Source of the DNA: Lepidodermella squamata
Lineage: Eukaryota > Animalia > Gastrotricha
Reading direction: 5' to 3'
Length of the DNA stretch: 64,000 nucleotides
Assembly (NCBI GenBank): GCA_047495785.1
Contig: JBLDXI010000013.1
Span: 4,154,001-4,218,000 of the forward strand
Part shown: one piece after another, positions 1-11,155 of the stretch
Position numbering within the stretch: the stretch's first letter is position 1
How the letters are laid out: every line of letters starts with the position of its first letter
Notes under the pieces: model-generated
Told to the model about the DNA's origin: nothing
Seen by the model: the letters and a program-made list of their open reading frames with translations, nothing else
Databases searched by the model: none
Made by a program: the position numbers and the translations under genes

Positions 1-3000
1 AAGGATCATGGGCGCCAAATATATCGGACGACGGCCTAAAAACGGCGTGGAATGTGGTTGTGGCGATGTTTTCCGTCGGCGGCATGATCGGCAGCATGCT
101 GGTCGGAGTTCTGTCCAACTACCTCGGCCGACGCTACTTCATTTTCGCACTGTCAATCGGCGGAGTTGCTAGCGGCCTAGTTCTAGGCCTTGCCAAAACC
201 GGAAACAGCTATTTAATGCTGGTTCTAGGCCGGTTGATGGTCGGTTTCGTGACTGGGGCCTACACCGGGGTTGTGCCTATGTATTTATCGGAAGTCGCCC
301 CGCTTTCACTGCGAGGCGGCATCGGAGTCGTCAATCAATTAGCCGTAGTTTCTGCAATTTTAATTTCTCAAATATTCGGAATTTCCGATTTGATGGGCAC
401 CGAAGAGTTATGGCCTTTGCTACTCGGATTCACCGCAATTCCTGCCGTTATTCAAACATTCTTAGTATTATATGTGTGCCCGGAAAGTCCGCGATTTTTA
501 TTGATTTCGAAGGAGGACGAAGCTGGCGCCAAGAAGGTATTGCGGTTATTGGCGGGACCTGACGGGATTTACGAGGTTGATGCTCAAATCGACGAGATGA
601 GACGCGAGGCGGCCGAGTTGCGGCGCGAGGAAGTTCTCACCGTGCGAGATCTCTTTAAACGACGCGAACTGCTGTGGCCACTTTTCATTGCCGTTGTTAT
701 GCAACTCAGCCAGCAGCTTTCAGGAATTAATGGCGTAAGTCAACCTATGCGCAATACATAAAAATATGGAAATTATGCGATGATAAAAAAATTACACCTT
801 AATTTTATTTTCCAAATTATGCATGTTCATTTTTAATTTTCCTATTGTTTTAATCGTCTAAACCTTCAAACCTATGGGCGAAACTAGGTGCATACATTTT
901 GGTGGACATATCAGCTGTAAAAATATTATTCGCTTTGGGATGACGAGAGAATAATTGCCTGAGAAGCTTTGCGTATTAAATTGAGCAAATAATGGACGCT
1001 ATGTTTTTTTAGTTTTCTCCTCCGCTTTTCTTTTATGTAAAAAATTAGAAATTCGGTGCTTAAATTGTTGTCTTAACGGAAAAATAAGAAATTGGAATAT
1101 TAGAAAAAACCAGGACAAAATTAAGCAAAAAATTATAGTAAATTGGAAAATCTTGATGAAAATGTCGACCTTCATCCATTTTGGACTGCTACTATTGAAT
1201 AATTGAATCAGTTGCGTAATTGTTTTCAATTGTGATTGACGCCCAGAGCAATTGCTCCGAATTACTGAATGGGTATTCAATGTTTGCCATCGATTACTAG
1301 TTCTATTTTCGCTTGGTCGTTAAGGTTTAGTTTGTCCGCAAGAAAATGCCTCGGCCAAAGTTTGTCGCCGCTTTTGTGGCATTTGCATCGATATTTCTTT
1401 CCAAGGCCAACTATATGGCTTCTTTTTTCCGTCCTGATTCAGATAATATCAGTAGGTTTGAGGCGAATTGGGCATTTTTCCTCGTGCATTTGGCCTGTGG
1501 GTAATTCCCAAGGAAGCATTTTCCATGTTTGAAACAAGGAGCCATCGCCTGCTTAGTGTTGTATCTTGTGAAATATGGAGCGAAATGCAGCTTTTCCATC
1601 GTGCAATGTCGTTATTGGGTGTAAAAAGGCTAATTCATTTCGAACATTGTAGAACATCTCTTTCGTCACCGAACCAAAGCTGATAAGGGGCTTCATAGCC
1701 AAAAGTTTGCTTGCATTAATGTTGAAGCGCAACGCCAACGTTACCATCCTATTGAGGATAGTAGCGGTTGACACGAAACGTGATAATCTCGACAGATTTC
1801 GCGGCTGAGTTAGAGAATAATTAGTGAAGGCTCTTGAATTCTGTCTTTCGCCTGCGTTTAAAGTTCGCTGTTTTAAACGTTTTCGTGAGATGATTCGTAC
1901 GCTTTCGCGTTGGAAGTAGATTAACCGATGGAAGTTCCGCCTCGATTACTCCGAACCCTTCATATTCGACCGACAATTTGGCGTGCTTAATTTTGGCACC
2001 ATTCATAATGTTGCAGTATGGTGCATCGCCTCGGGCCGCGCTTTTCCCCGTTATCACCGAAGGCAATGGTTGAAGGAAAATTTGTTCCACCTGAACCCCA
2101 AACCTCCAGTCAATTTACTGGGGTCAGAATTTATCGTCGGCACCCAGAATAGCTTGCATGGAACGTCAGAATCAGAGTCAAAAGAGTCCTAATACACATT
2201 GGCGCATTTTTCGCGATATTTAAAGCGTGTTTCCAGTGTAAACGGAATTATTGTTTCTGTTTCTTCAAGTCATTTTTATTGGGTCTTAATTTTTATGAAA
2301 CAAATTCGAAAAGGTCATTTGCCCTAAGATGCATTTTCAAGATTTTCGTGGAATTTTTTCTTGATAATATACAATTCTGCGTAAGGCTCATCATGGCTTG
2401 ATGATTTATCAAAAATCAATCGTTTAGTGTGAAGTTTTTGAAAATTGATTCCATTGAATGATTTTTGAATTCAATTCCTTTTGAAATATTCATTTATTGT
2501 TCAATGTTCTTTCAGATTTTCTACTACAGCTCCTCAATATTCCAAAACAGCGCGGGTCTGTCGCCGACAGAAGCGCAATGGGCGACAATAGGTGTTGGAG
2601 GCACCATGGTAGTATTCACCCTGGTGTCTATCCCCCTCATCGACCGGCTCGGTCGCAAAGTTCTCCACAGCATGGGCCTCGGCGGCATGCTGTTCTCTGC
2701 CGTTTGCGTAACAATTTTCCTGAGCTTCCCCGAGGTGGCGTGGACTGGCTATGTCGGCGTCGCTTTCTGCCTGCTCTTCGTCTGCGCTTTCGCCATCGGC
2801 CCCGGCTCGATTCCGTGGCTGATAACAGCGGAGTTGTTCGTGCAATCTACGCGGCCGCCGGCTATCGCCATCGCCACTTTCGTCAACTGGTCAGCTAATT
2901 TTGCTGTCGGATTGGGTTTTGAACCTATTCAGGTATAGCTTTCTCATTAATTGATCTTTTTTTAATTTCAAATACCGATTGGGAATTTTTTATGGAAATT

Positions 3001-6000
3001 CTATGGAATTGAAAAATCAATCCTAGATATTACTGTATAACCTACTTCTACTATGTGTTAGGAGTGCATACTAGCTCTAAATTCATTAAAATATGGGTTT
3101 TTAAAGTGGGATCTTCAATTTCAAGTCGCTATCGATTTTGAAAATCAGTGATTCTTCCGACCGACATCAGCAGCCTTGGAAGCCAGCGTGAAATAGTATA
3201 TCTATTCGAGGGTACCATGTAGCTTGATCACGTCAAAAGCTTTTGACGTTAATGATCAAGCCTTGATGTTGTGCATTATGGCCGAAAATTAATGACATTT
3301 TCAGGTCAAATAATTGTTTCCTACAATATTTTCATCAAAAAGAGAATGAAAATGTCGAGACACGCAGCAATAGAATTAGGCGTAATCACAACCAGCTGAG
3401 TAGCCCATCAGCTCAACTAGCCAGAATAGCCCAACGACTTAGTTACATGCTTGACAATGCCAGTGATAGGGCCTTCACCCCAAGCCATCTTTTGATAACA
3501 AATCCTACCAACGACTTTTTGGTCGAATAGCGTCTCCGTAGGATCTTCGCGTCGCAGCTGGGCAGACTTCATGTGGATGGTGATTTTTGCAAGGGATGAA
3601 TCGTTCACTCTAAGTTTCTTGCACACTGAGCACGTGCATTTCCTGGTTTTTTTGCTTTGACTTAACTCGGTTCTTTGCATTTCAGCGATAGTGATAGTAG
3701 TCGAAAAAGGAAATTATACAGTGCAATTTTTACATTTTTGAGATTTATTCAAGCATTAAAGATTAGTTAAAAGGTGGAGGCTAACAACACCCCCGTAGAG
3801 GGGCCACTCGGTTTTCCGGGATAGCGTTTGTGAATAGTAGTGTGAATCCAAACAGAGGATTGTGCTCCGGAGGAATATCACTGCTCTTCAGCTTTTCGAA
3901 AGTCTCTTTATCCAACAGCTCTCCAGCTCTTTCCCAATTGATCTCCGATGATATCTGTGAAGCGGTCTGAAGCATATTAAATACAGTCAACGTCACATTA
4001 CAATGAAATGTACTCACTGGAATCGAGAAAGGTTTTCAACTTGTTTTTGATAGCATCGCTATGCTTGAAATGGACAGCCATCTCTGAAGCAGGTGGGTGG
4101 TTCGAGTACCCCTTAATAGACTCAACGACTACGACCAACGTCACAGAGCCCTCCTTGATTCCGGAATGAATGAGATAATACCTAAAATTATTACCCACTT
4201 ATTTGAGCGTATGGAGTCAGAGCCTGAACGGACCGATGGCCAGTCACCTTAATAATTTCGGTTTCGGGCATTCCATCATCGAGCATAGCTGTCACGGAGG
4301 TGGCACGGAGACAATGATTGGTGTCTACCAGTGTTCCGATTTTTGCCCACTGGACCACGCTCAGTGGCAGACACAAAAAATATTCCTTATTAAAACCGTT
4401 GAGAAAAGGGGTAGGGGTATAGTTAATCGGCGTACACTTTCAAGACCTTATGAAGCCAGCCAGGTTTAGGGATTTCTCAGGTTAAAAATTCGTAATTTTC
4501 GGGGCTTTTATATCGAATATTGAAGCTTGAGGCCGGCTGACGAAAATCCGCGCGCTGACTAAAATTACTAAGCAGGCAATATACTATAATTATCGAATTT
4601 CCGAATGATGACCTGTCAAATTGGCGTTACATTGGAATTTAGGTACTTGGCTTTAGTAAGCATTTACTGCGCAAGAAAACGTCCAACCTTCAAGCGGAGA
4701 CAATCCTCACCAAGTCGATCCTCTGCCCTTCAGAGCCAGCTACCACACCGACGATTTCCAGCGTCCATTAACCACGGGGCACCCGTGAAACCGTGGTAAC
4801 TATGCGCGGTAATCGTTATTTCTGTGCGACTAGCATTTCCAGGGGCCGGACCTTCGGCATGGCCATCCGATCTTGTAGTCCTGTTGAAAAAAATGAAGCA
4901 ACCACAAAGAATGCCAATTTCATGAAAACAGTAAACTTGACTGAGTAATCAAGTCGCTGTTCCATGGAGTTCCGATGTCAACAACATAATTGGGCGTAAC
5001 GTCCTTGAACCCAAGTGAAGTGAAGGAGAGGCATTTGTATTTCCGATCGTTTGAGTCGAATGATGATCGAATTGTCCGCTAAGGCTCTTTTATTGGATCT
5101 AGCAACACTTGACCGTGCTGACAACAGAGCGAACATTTTCATGAAGCTTCGAGGTATGGAGCCATGGCAGATCCAACTTTAGGTTTCCAATTCTTTCTGT
5201 TGATAACTGGTGGTAGTGCAGACGGTTGAACATAATCCGGGTTTACGCGCATAACCGGGTCGAAAAAATCAAAGTCTTCTGGAAAGTCTTGCGCCATTTG
5301 CGCTTCATAGTCCACATCCACTATAGTAGCAAACTCTCTAATAGCTGTAGGAGCCACCGGGATACTGGGAAAACCGGGAAAAACGAAAAATCTCACCCCA
5401 TCCTTATCTGCTGTAATTTATTTTTTCACCTGAAATCTGATTATAAATGAAAAATGTTTCAATTTCAATTAGAATGCACGATCTTAATATCAATAATTCA
5501 CAAATTCACAAATTCACAAATTCCACCGTTTTTTTGGGTCGTCTGTGTTGCTAAAAGTATTTATTTTATTTTATTTGCTATAAAATAAAAAGTATTTATA
5601 ATTAAAAACGATTTCAGTTTGAGTCGTAGCTAAAATCTTAAAAAATTATCGTGAAAGGTAGCCGGGAAAATCATGTTTTTTAGATATTTTTAAGATGTTT
5701 TTTTCAATAATTAAAAAAAAATTGAATTTGTATACAATATAAATTTATAAAAAAATAAATGAATAAGTTTGAAATTTTAATTAACTAAAAATTTAATCTT
5801 TGTTTAGAGAGCAATCGGTCAGTATGTATTCGTCATTTTCTCGGTGCTGTTGCTGATCTTCCTGATATTCACGCTCTTGCTGGTACCCGAGACGAAAGGC
5901 CGCACAGTGCAAGAAATCGTGGCTCTATTCTCGTCCCGAGGAGGCCAAAGCAACGCGGCGTATTCGACGGGAAGTTCGCCGAAACCGGACGAGGAGAGCC

Positions 6001-6161
6001 CGCCCAAGTACACCGAGCAGGAAGATATAGGCATCCCCGAGCCAGTTAAACACTTGCTACTCGTTAGTGGTGACGGCAGCACCGAAGCAGTCGAGAATAC
6101 TCACCTGCAGAATGGCCAAAGAAACAACAATCACAATTACCTCACGGCGACTCAGTTATGA
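1..6161 (+). CDS. Facilitated glucose transporter (GLUT/SLC2A class I-like, MFS), 5' end outside window; exons <1-734, 2516-2932, 5808-6161
   Basis: Sugar-porter motifs GGMIGS, GRR, PMYLSE..P..LRG, PESPRFL, QQLSGING|IFYYS, DRLGRK, GPGSIPW, VPETKGRT; three exons join in frame over GT-AG introns. Confidence 0.95.
3781..4400 (-). mobile_element. Degenerate Crypton-type tyrosine recombinase fragment in GLUT intron 2
   Basis: TNHCLRATSVTAML...IIKVTGHRSVQALTPY matches the YR HxxR / GH / Y catalytic boxes; PVGKN motif just upstream in another frame; frameshifts and stops. Confidence 0.75.
4660..5400 (-). mobile_element. Degenerate Helitron RepHel fragment in GLUT intron 2
   Basis: Reading through stops at about 5136-5000 gives KCSLCCQHGQVLLDPIKEP*...RKYKCLSFTSLG, like the Helitron N-terminal LCCxxGKVxLP...YNxxLxFTSLG region; SEGQRIDLVRI near 4700-4740 weakly resembles the PIF1 helicase motif SQGQTLxxVGI. 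Confidence 0.65.
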
Positions 6162-9117
6162 GATAATATGGAGAATTGAAGTATTGAAAAATGTTTTCGC
6201 CTGGAGCTTATCTCGCTACGCTATAAATTGCATCAAATATACATACACGAAAAACAATCATTTTCATTCGTAAATTTCCGATTTGATTTTCATATGCCAC
6301 CGTTCTTCATTTACTGCAATGCGACTAATACTGGTGATACAGTTCATTGGTTGGCCACGTTTTTTTCAATAATATACATGTATTCGAACAGTTTTCCGAG
6401 TAAATACGATACGCCTTCCTGTTCATTTCATCTGCTTTATTTGTTAGATACAAAAAATTATGTGAAATACTATATTAGAAAAATGAGAATATATATATAT
6501 TTATGAGTTATGAAGCTATAAAACGGTGCGGAGCCGCCTTAATGTTGCGTGCATTTTAGTTTTGTTGTGACTCGGAGACAGGAGGATGAAAGTGCCAACA
6601 TTCGTAGGTTGTTTTTATAAGACTACGATGTGACGGAATCATTTCTTAATCAATTACACGAAGAAAAATAAAGATGAATGACTTGAAGACTCGCTCTTTT
6701 TTCAAGGATCGCAATCATTTTTGGCATTCTAGTATAACTCCGAGTTGTAGAAATTTGCTGAAACAATATTTGTACCGAAATGAGGCAGATGCTGAGGCTG
6801 GGCAAAGTTGGAAATAAAATTATCGCAACTGTTAGAGAGTTGGCTTATATAACCAGAGTTCCGATAATCACGCCCACAAATTTCGCTTTTTATCACCAAT
6901 TTGTGTCAAGTGAGAAATAGGTATGTCACTCTCCAGAAAATCTTGGTTTCATTTTGTTGATGGGTAACAGTCAAAAATCAGTTACGGATTTCGGCGTTCG
7001 GCAAGCTATATAGCTTAGATAGTCAGGAAATGCCGGCTGTCTAATAACTTGATAGGTTGTGGAACTAGTTTTTTATTGTTAAATTTGTTGTTACCAGTAA
7101 GGAGGGTTACTAAATGATAAATGAGGTGCGTAAACTAGCGTGGGTATTTATTTGCAGCGGCATGCGGGGTATGCGGTATGCCGTGGGCCTGACTTGAGTA
7201 TGCTGACTTGCGGCACTGCCCAGAGCTGATATTTTTACATTTTTGCGACAAGGGAATGGAAGGAATAGTTTCTGTTATTCACCTGCGAAGTTGGAGAAAG
7301 CCCTCCAATAAATCGATGAGGAAGTGTTAAACTTGTTCAAGGGAGCACCTAGCGTTACTCTCTGAAATTTTTGAAAAATTTAACCTTTAGCTTTCAGCTT
7401 CTAGTTGCTGTTACAGCATTCCTCGTTTTTTAGGCGCCCTAAAATACTAAATTTCTCCAAAAAACCTGGTTTTCGACTTCCTTTTGTCGAGCGGTCTCAT
7501 TACTCAAGACTAAACTTTAAGATGGCGTATTTTTTATATTGCAAATCGGAAATTTTCTAGGCCTAGGAAGAGCCTGCATCGAAAATTATTCTGCATAGGT
7601 ACCTAAAAGTGTACACGCTTAAAAAGTTGACGGCTCCAGAGGCTTTTGCTGTTGAGTAAATATTATGCGGATAAATCTGTTATTTGCATGCGCTTTTTAT
7701 TGTCGCAATTGGCGTGAGGAATGATTGTGATCTCACGTCAGAATTCTCACGGTATAAGAAAAAATCACCAATATTTTTTTCCCTATTTTTTTAATCAGGC
7801 TTGCAAATATTTTTCTCACAGTTGACCAACAATCAACAATAATATAGCCATTGCGTGGAAATCGCGAAGAAGAAAACTAGCCTTTCGTTATAATTTCAAA
7901 ACCGCTCGCGGGTGCGCACGGCAACAGAAAGGTAGCACAAAGGTGCCGGTGAGCGCTGATGCGTGTTTTTGTCATTTCTGCGGTTGAAACAATGGTACAT
8001 ATAGGTAAGCTCATATCGCAACAACAGTTGTTTTTCACAGGCGCGCGCTCGCGCTCAGAAGTGAGAATATATATCATACTAAAATAATAATAACCGAAAC
8101 GAGAAGATAATTATCCGCGCACTAGAACGGAAATGAGCGGACACGCAAAAATATTATTTTTCCGCTGTTTCCATACATCATGTCTCTGCTGTTCCCAACA
8201 TAACAAACACACGAGCCGCTCGTGGTATTATTTTATTCACCCTGTATATAAGCAATATTTTGACATCATTTCCCGACCGCATGATCACTGCTACACACAG
8301 GTACTTGTCGTTCCGCTCGTTTTGCCGGCCATCCGTGGTTTTTCTCTCATAAACTGGTACACATTTCTATTTTGCCATCTGTGTGTTTGTCAACAGAGTG
8401 TATTTTTGCGGTAATAATTACGCCGTTTCATATGATACCGATATGTATGTAATATACACACTTACTTGCCCGTGGTCAGCGTGAGAGCGAGCGAGCGCAC
8501 GGCCCGCCGCTTTTTGGGCGCTCATCGCCGCCGCATTGTCTTCCCGACTATTTAATTTACTCACGTATTTTTTTACCGCAAAATCGAGAGGCCCGCAAAA
8601 TAATCATGCGCAATATTTTATTAACTATTTCTCGGTTAAACACTCTTACAAAATTTTCAGCGAGCAAAAGGCACCTGCTGTATATACGCACATGTGTGAA
8701 AAATTTGTTGTTTACCGCGACACGAAAAAAGTACCATTCTATACCCGAACCATATACGCTATAGCTGACAGCGCCAATAAACAGCGTGACACTTTTTGCG
8801 CCGCCATTTCCGCTGTGAACCCGTTGTTGTGTGTTGTTATCACTGCGCTACGACCCCGCGTTGCAGCAAGAAATTTTTCTTCATCCTCAGCTTTATTTAT
8901 TTGCTTTGAATTTTCACTTCGCCAGGTATATTTTTCCACCTTTTTTCCAAGGTTTTTTGCGCCTCACGCTTTGACCTACTAGTTGCAAAACCGCCCGCTT
9001 TTTAGGACGCAAAAAGAAATATTATTTTCGGCCACGCTGCAAATGTTCAACAGGTGAGCGAATGGCAAATAAATTATTTATTTATGCGTTTTTATTATTT
9101 CATCAGGCAATATAATA

Positions 9118-9212
9118 ATGCCGCTGGGTGACTGGTCGAAATCGGTAAGAATGAGCCGATGGCTATTGCCAGCATCCGCCGTAGCTGCTGCTATTCTATT
9201 ATCCACCTTAAT
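9118..9212 (+). other. Putative orphan first coding exon encoding a signal-peptide-like sequence
   Basis: Upstream intron-like segment 9054-9106 (GTGAGC...TTTCATCAG); ORF MPLGDWSKSVRMSRWLLPASAVAAAILLSTL ends at a perfect GTAAGT donor (9213); no clear partner exon. Confidence 0.4.
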
Positions 9213-11155
9213 GTAAGTTTCTAAATTTAATTGCCTTATATAGCGCAATAATTTTTCGCTGAATAAATATCAAATCAGCGAATTATGTATTTAAATTTCA
9301 TTAATTTTTAATTTAATATGTGATCAGTGGTAACTAAGGACGCTTTGGATAATTGCGCGCTTACATTTCAAGACCAAATTGAAACAAAATTGTGTTGCAA
9401 GCTGTCGGATTTTTTTCTGGGATTTTCTTTGAAAAATTAAGAGCACATTTATTCATCACGATTTTTTTCTGCGTTCATGACAAATTTCGCGTTTTAATTT
9501 TGTCCCTCTTGCGTTTTGAGCAAATATATAAGCAAAAGCTGTTGAACCCAGGTAGGTATCACCAGCATCTTCGAGACGTGCCTTAGCGCAGGTGATGTGG
9601 CCGAGACTGCTTTTTCGAAGTGATAGCGCACGCTTCAGGACGCGCACTTGCGCCTCGGCGGGTAGGTATAATAAAAGTTGTTTGCGAACCTTTTGTGTAA
9701 CAAAATTAGGTGCGTTGCAATATTATACGCATCGTTTTCAAGAGCAGAAGAAGCCCTCGCCTTTGCGTATAGCTCTATAATCGGACCGCCCTCACCTAAT
9801 GCCTATACACGTCACCTGGCGGCTCTTCTCGAGAATAAGAACAAAGTCCGTGGCAATGAGAGGCTGATGACATATTTTTATTTGTACGCACCCTGTAATA
9901 TACTGCTTACATATAATAGCGAAAATTCATCGGCATTGCCCGCGCCATAAAAATAAAATGCCTTGTAACAAATACGCATTGGCTATTTTTGCGTTTTATA
10001 GTAGTTCAATTGACTTCCGCTAACTGCAATTTCCGTCCGCGAGCGCGAAAACAATGGCGGGTGACTACAACACAAAAAAGGGTGTGCAGTGCGCGTTTTT
10101 CGCGCAAATACCGTTTCGCTTGTTTTATATGCAAGGTGCGATATTAATATTATATACATGTTGTTTTTTTATTAGAGCAACGGCCATAAGTTGACCTACC
10201 GGAACTAATTTCTGGCGTAAAGGCGATGAGCGAACAACACGCCCGACACGCTTTTGTGGTGACACACCCCCGGCTTGCATGTTTTTCGCCGCAATTACTA
10301 CTACCTGGCGCCAATGCATGGCTTTTCTGCTGCTGTAGGGTAATAGGACAGCAATAATATTAACGAGCGCGCATCCTCACTCCCGCTCACTCCCGCTCGC
10401 GCGACAGAACTATGTTTGCGCGTTGTCGCGCGCATGTGTCTGGTTGTGGCGCGCGCTTTCGAAAAGTAATATCTATCATTTGAGGCGCCAATTGTTTACC
10501 TAATAATATATAGGCGAGAGAGGGAGAGCTAGATAGAGACAGGGGCACTTATTTCGAAAAATCATCTCATTTCTCGGCACCGGCTCTTGATATGCCTCGA
10601 CCACTTACAGACATTTACACATATATAGGCGAGGGAGGGAGAGAGAGCTCGGCTCATGACGCGCGCTGCCACCTGCTTCTCATTCATTTTTGCATGAATT
10701 ATAAATAACAATAATATCAGACCTATAGCTTCCTAAAAATACTGTGTGTGTATTCCCTATCTTCATTTGTCGATGAAGGTTACGTTGTTTGTTATACGCT
10801 GTTGTGCAAAAACACAAAAACCAACCTATCCCCTTTTGCCGCTAATAGAAAAATATTAACAAATTAATATATAGACACCCTATACCTATAATAATGCCGA
10901 TACAATTAGCCGTGTTAAGCGGCTACATTAATTGTAAATGCATATTATTTTCCCTGAGCATCTGATCAAATAACAACACAATAACAAGTATCCATCATAT
11001 TTCCTATAGATATCAATTTCCTCACACAATACTTAATTGAAAATTTTGTGCTTCCCTATTGTGAATTGTCGAATTTTATAGACATTTTTTTAGCTGACAC
11101 AATTTTTCTTGAAAAAAATGGAGGAAATATGTTGACTATATTCTTCCACATGTGA

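Noticed and set aside
4191-4376. Bacterial or phage integrase implying contamination
   Set aside because: Lies within a spliceosomal intron of a host gene, is degenerate and fits Crypton motifs better
7150-7640. Possible MITE fragments downstream of GLUT
   Set aside because: Repeat-like sequence, but no matching inverted termini or target duplication could be located
8133-8982. ORFs of 93 and 148 aa in the non-coding block
   Set aside because: No domain, atypical composition and no supporting splice structure
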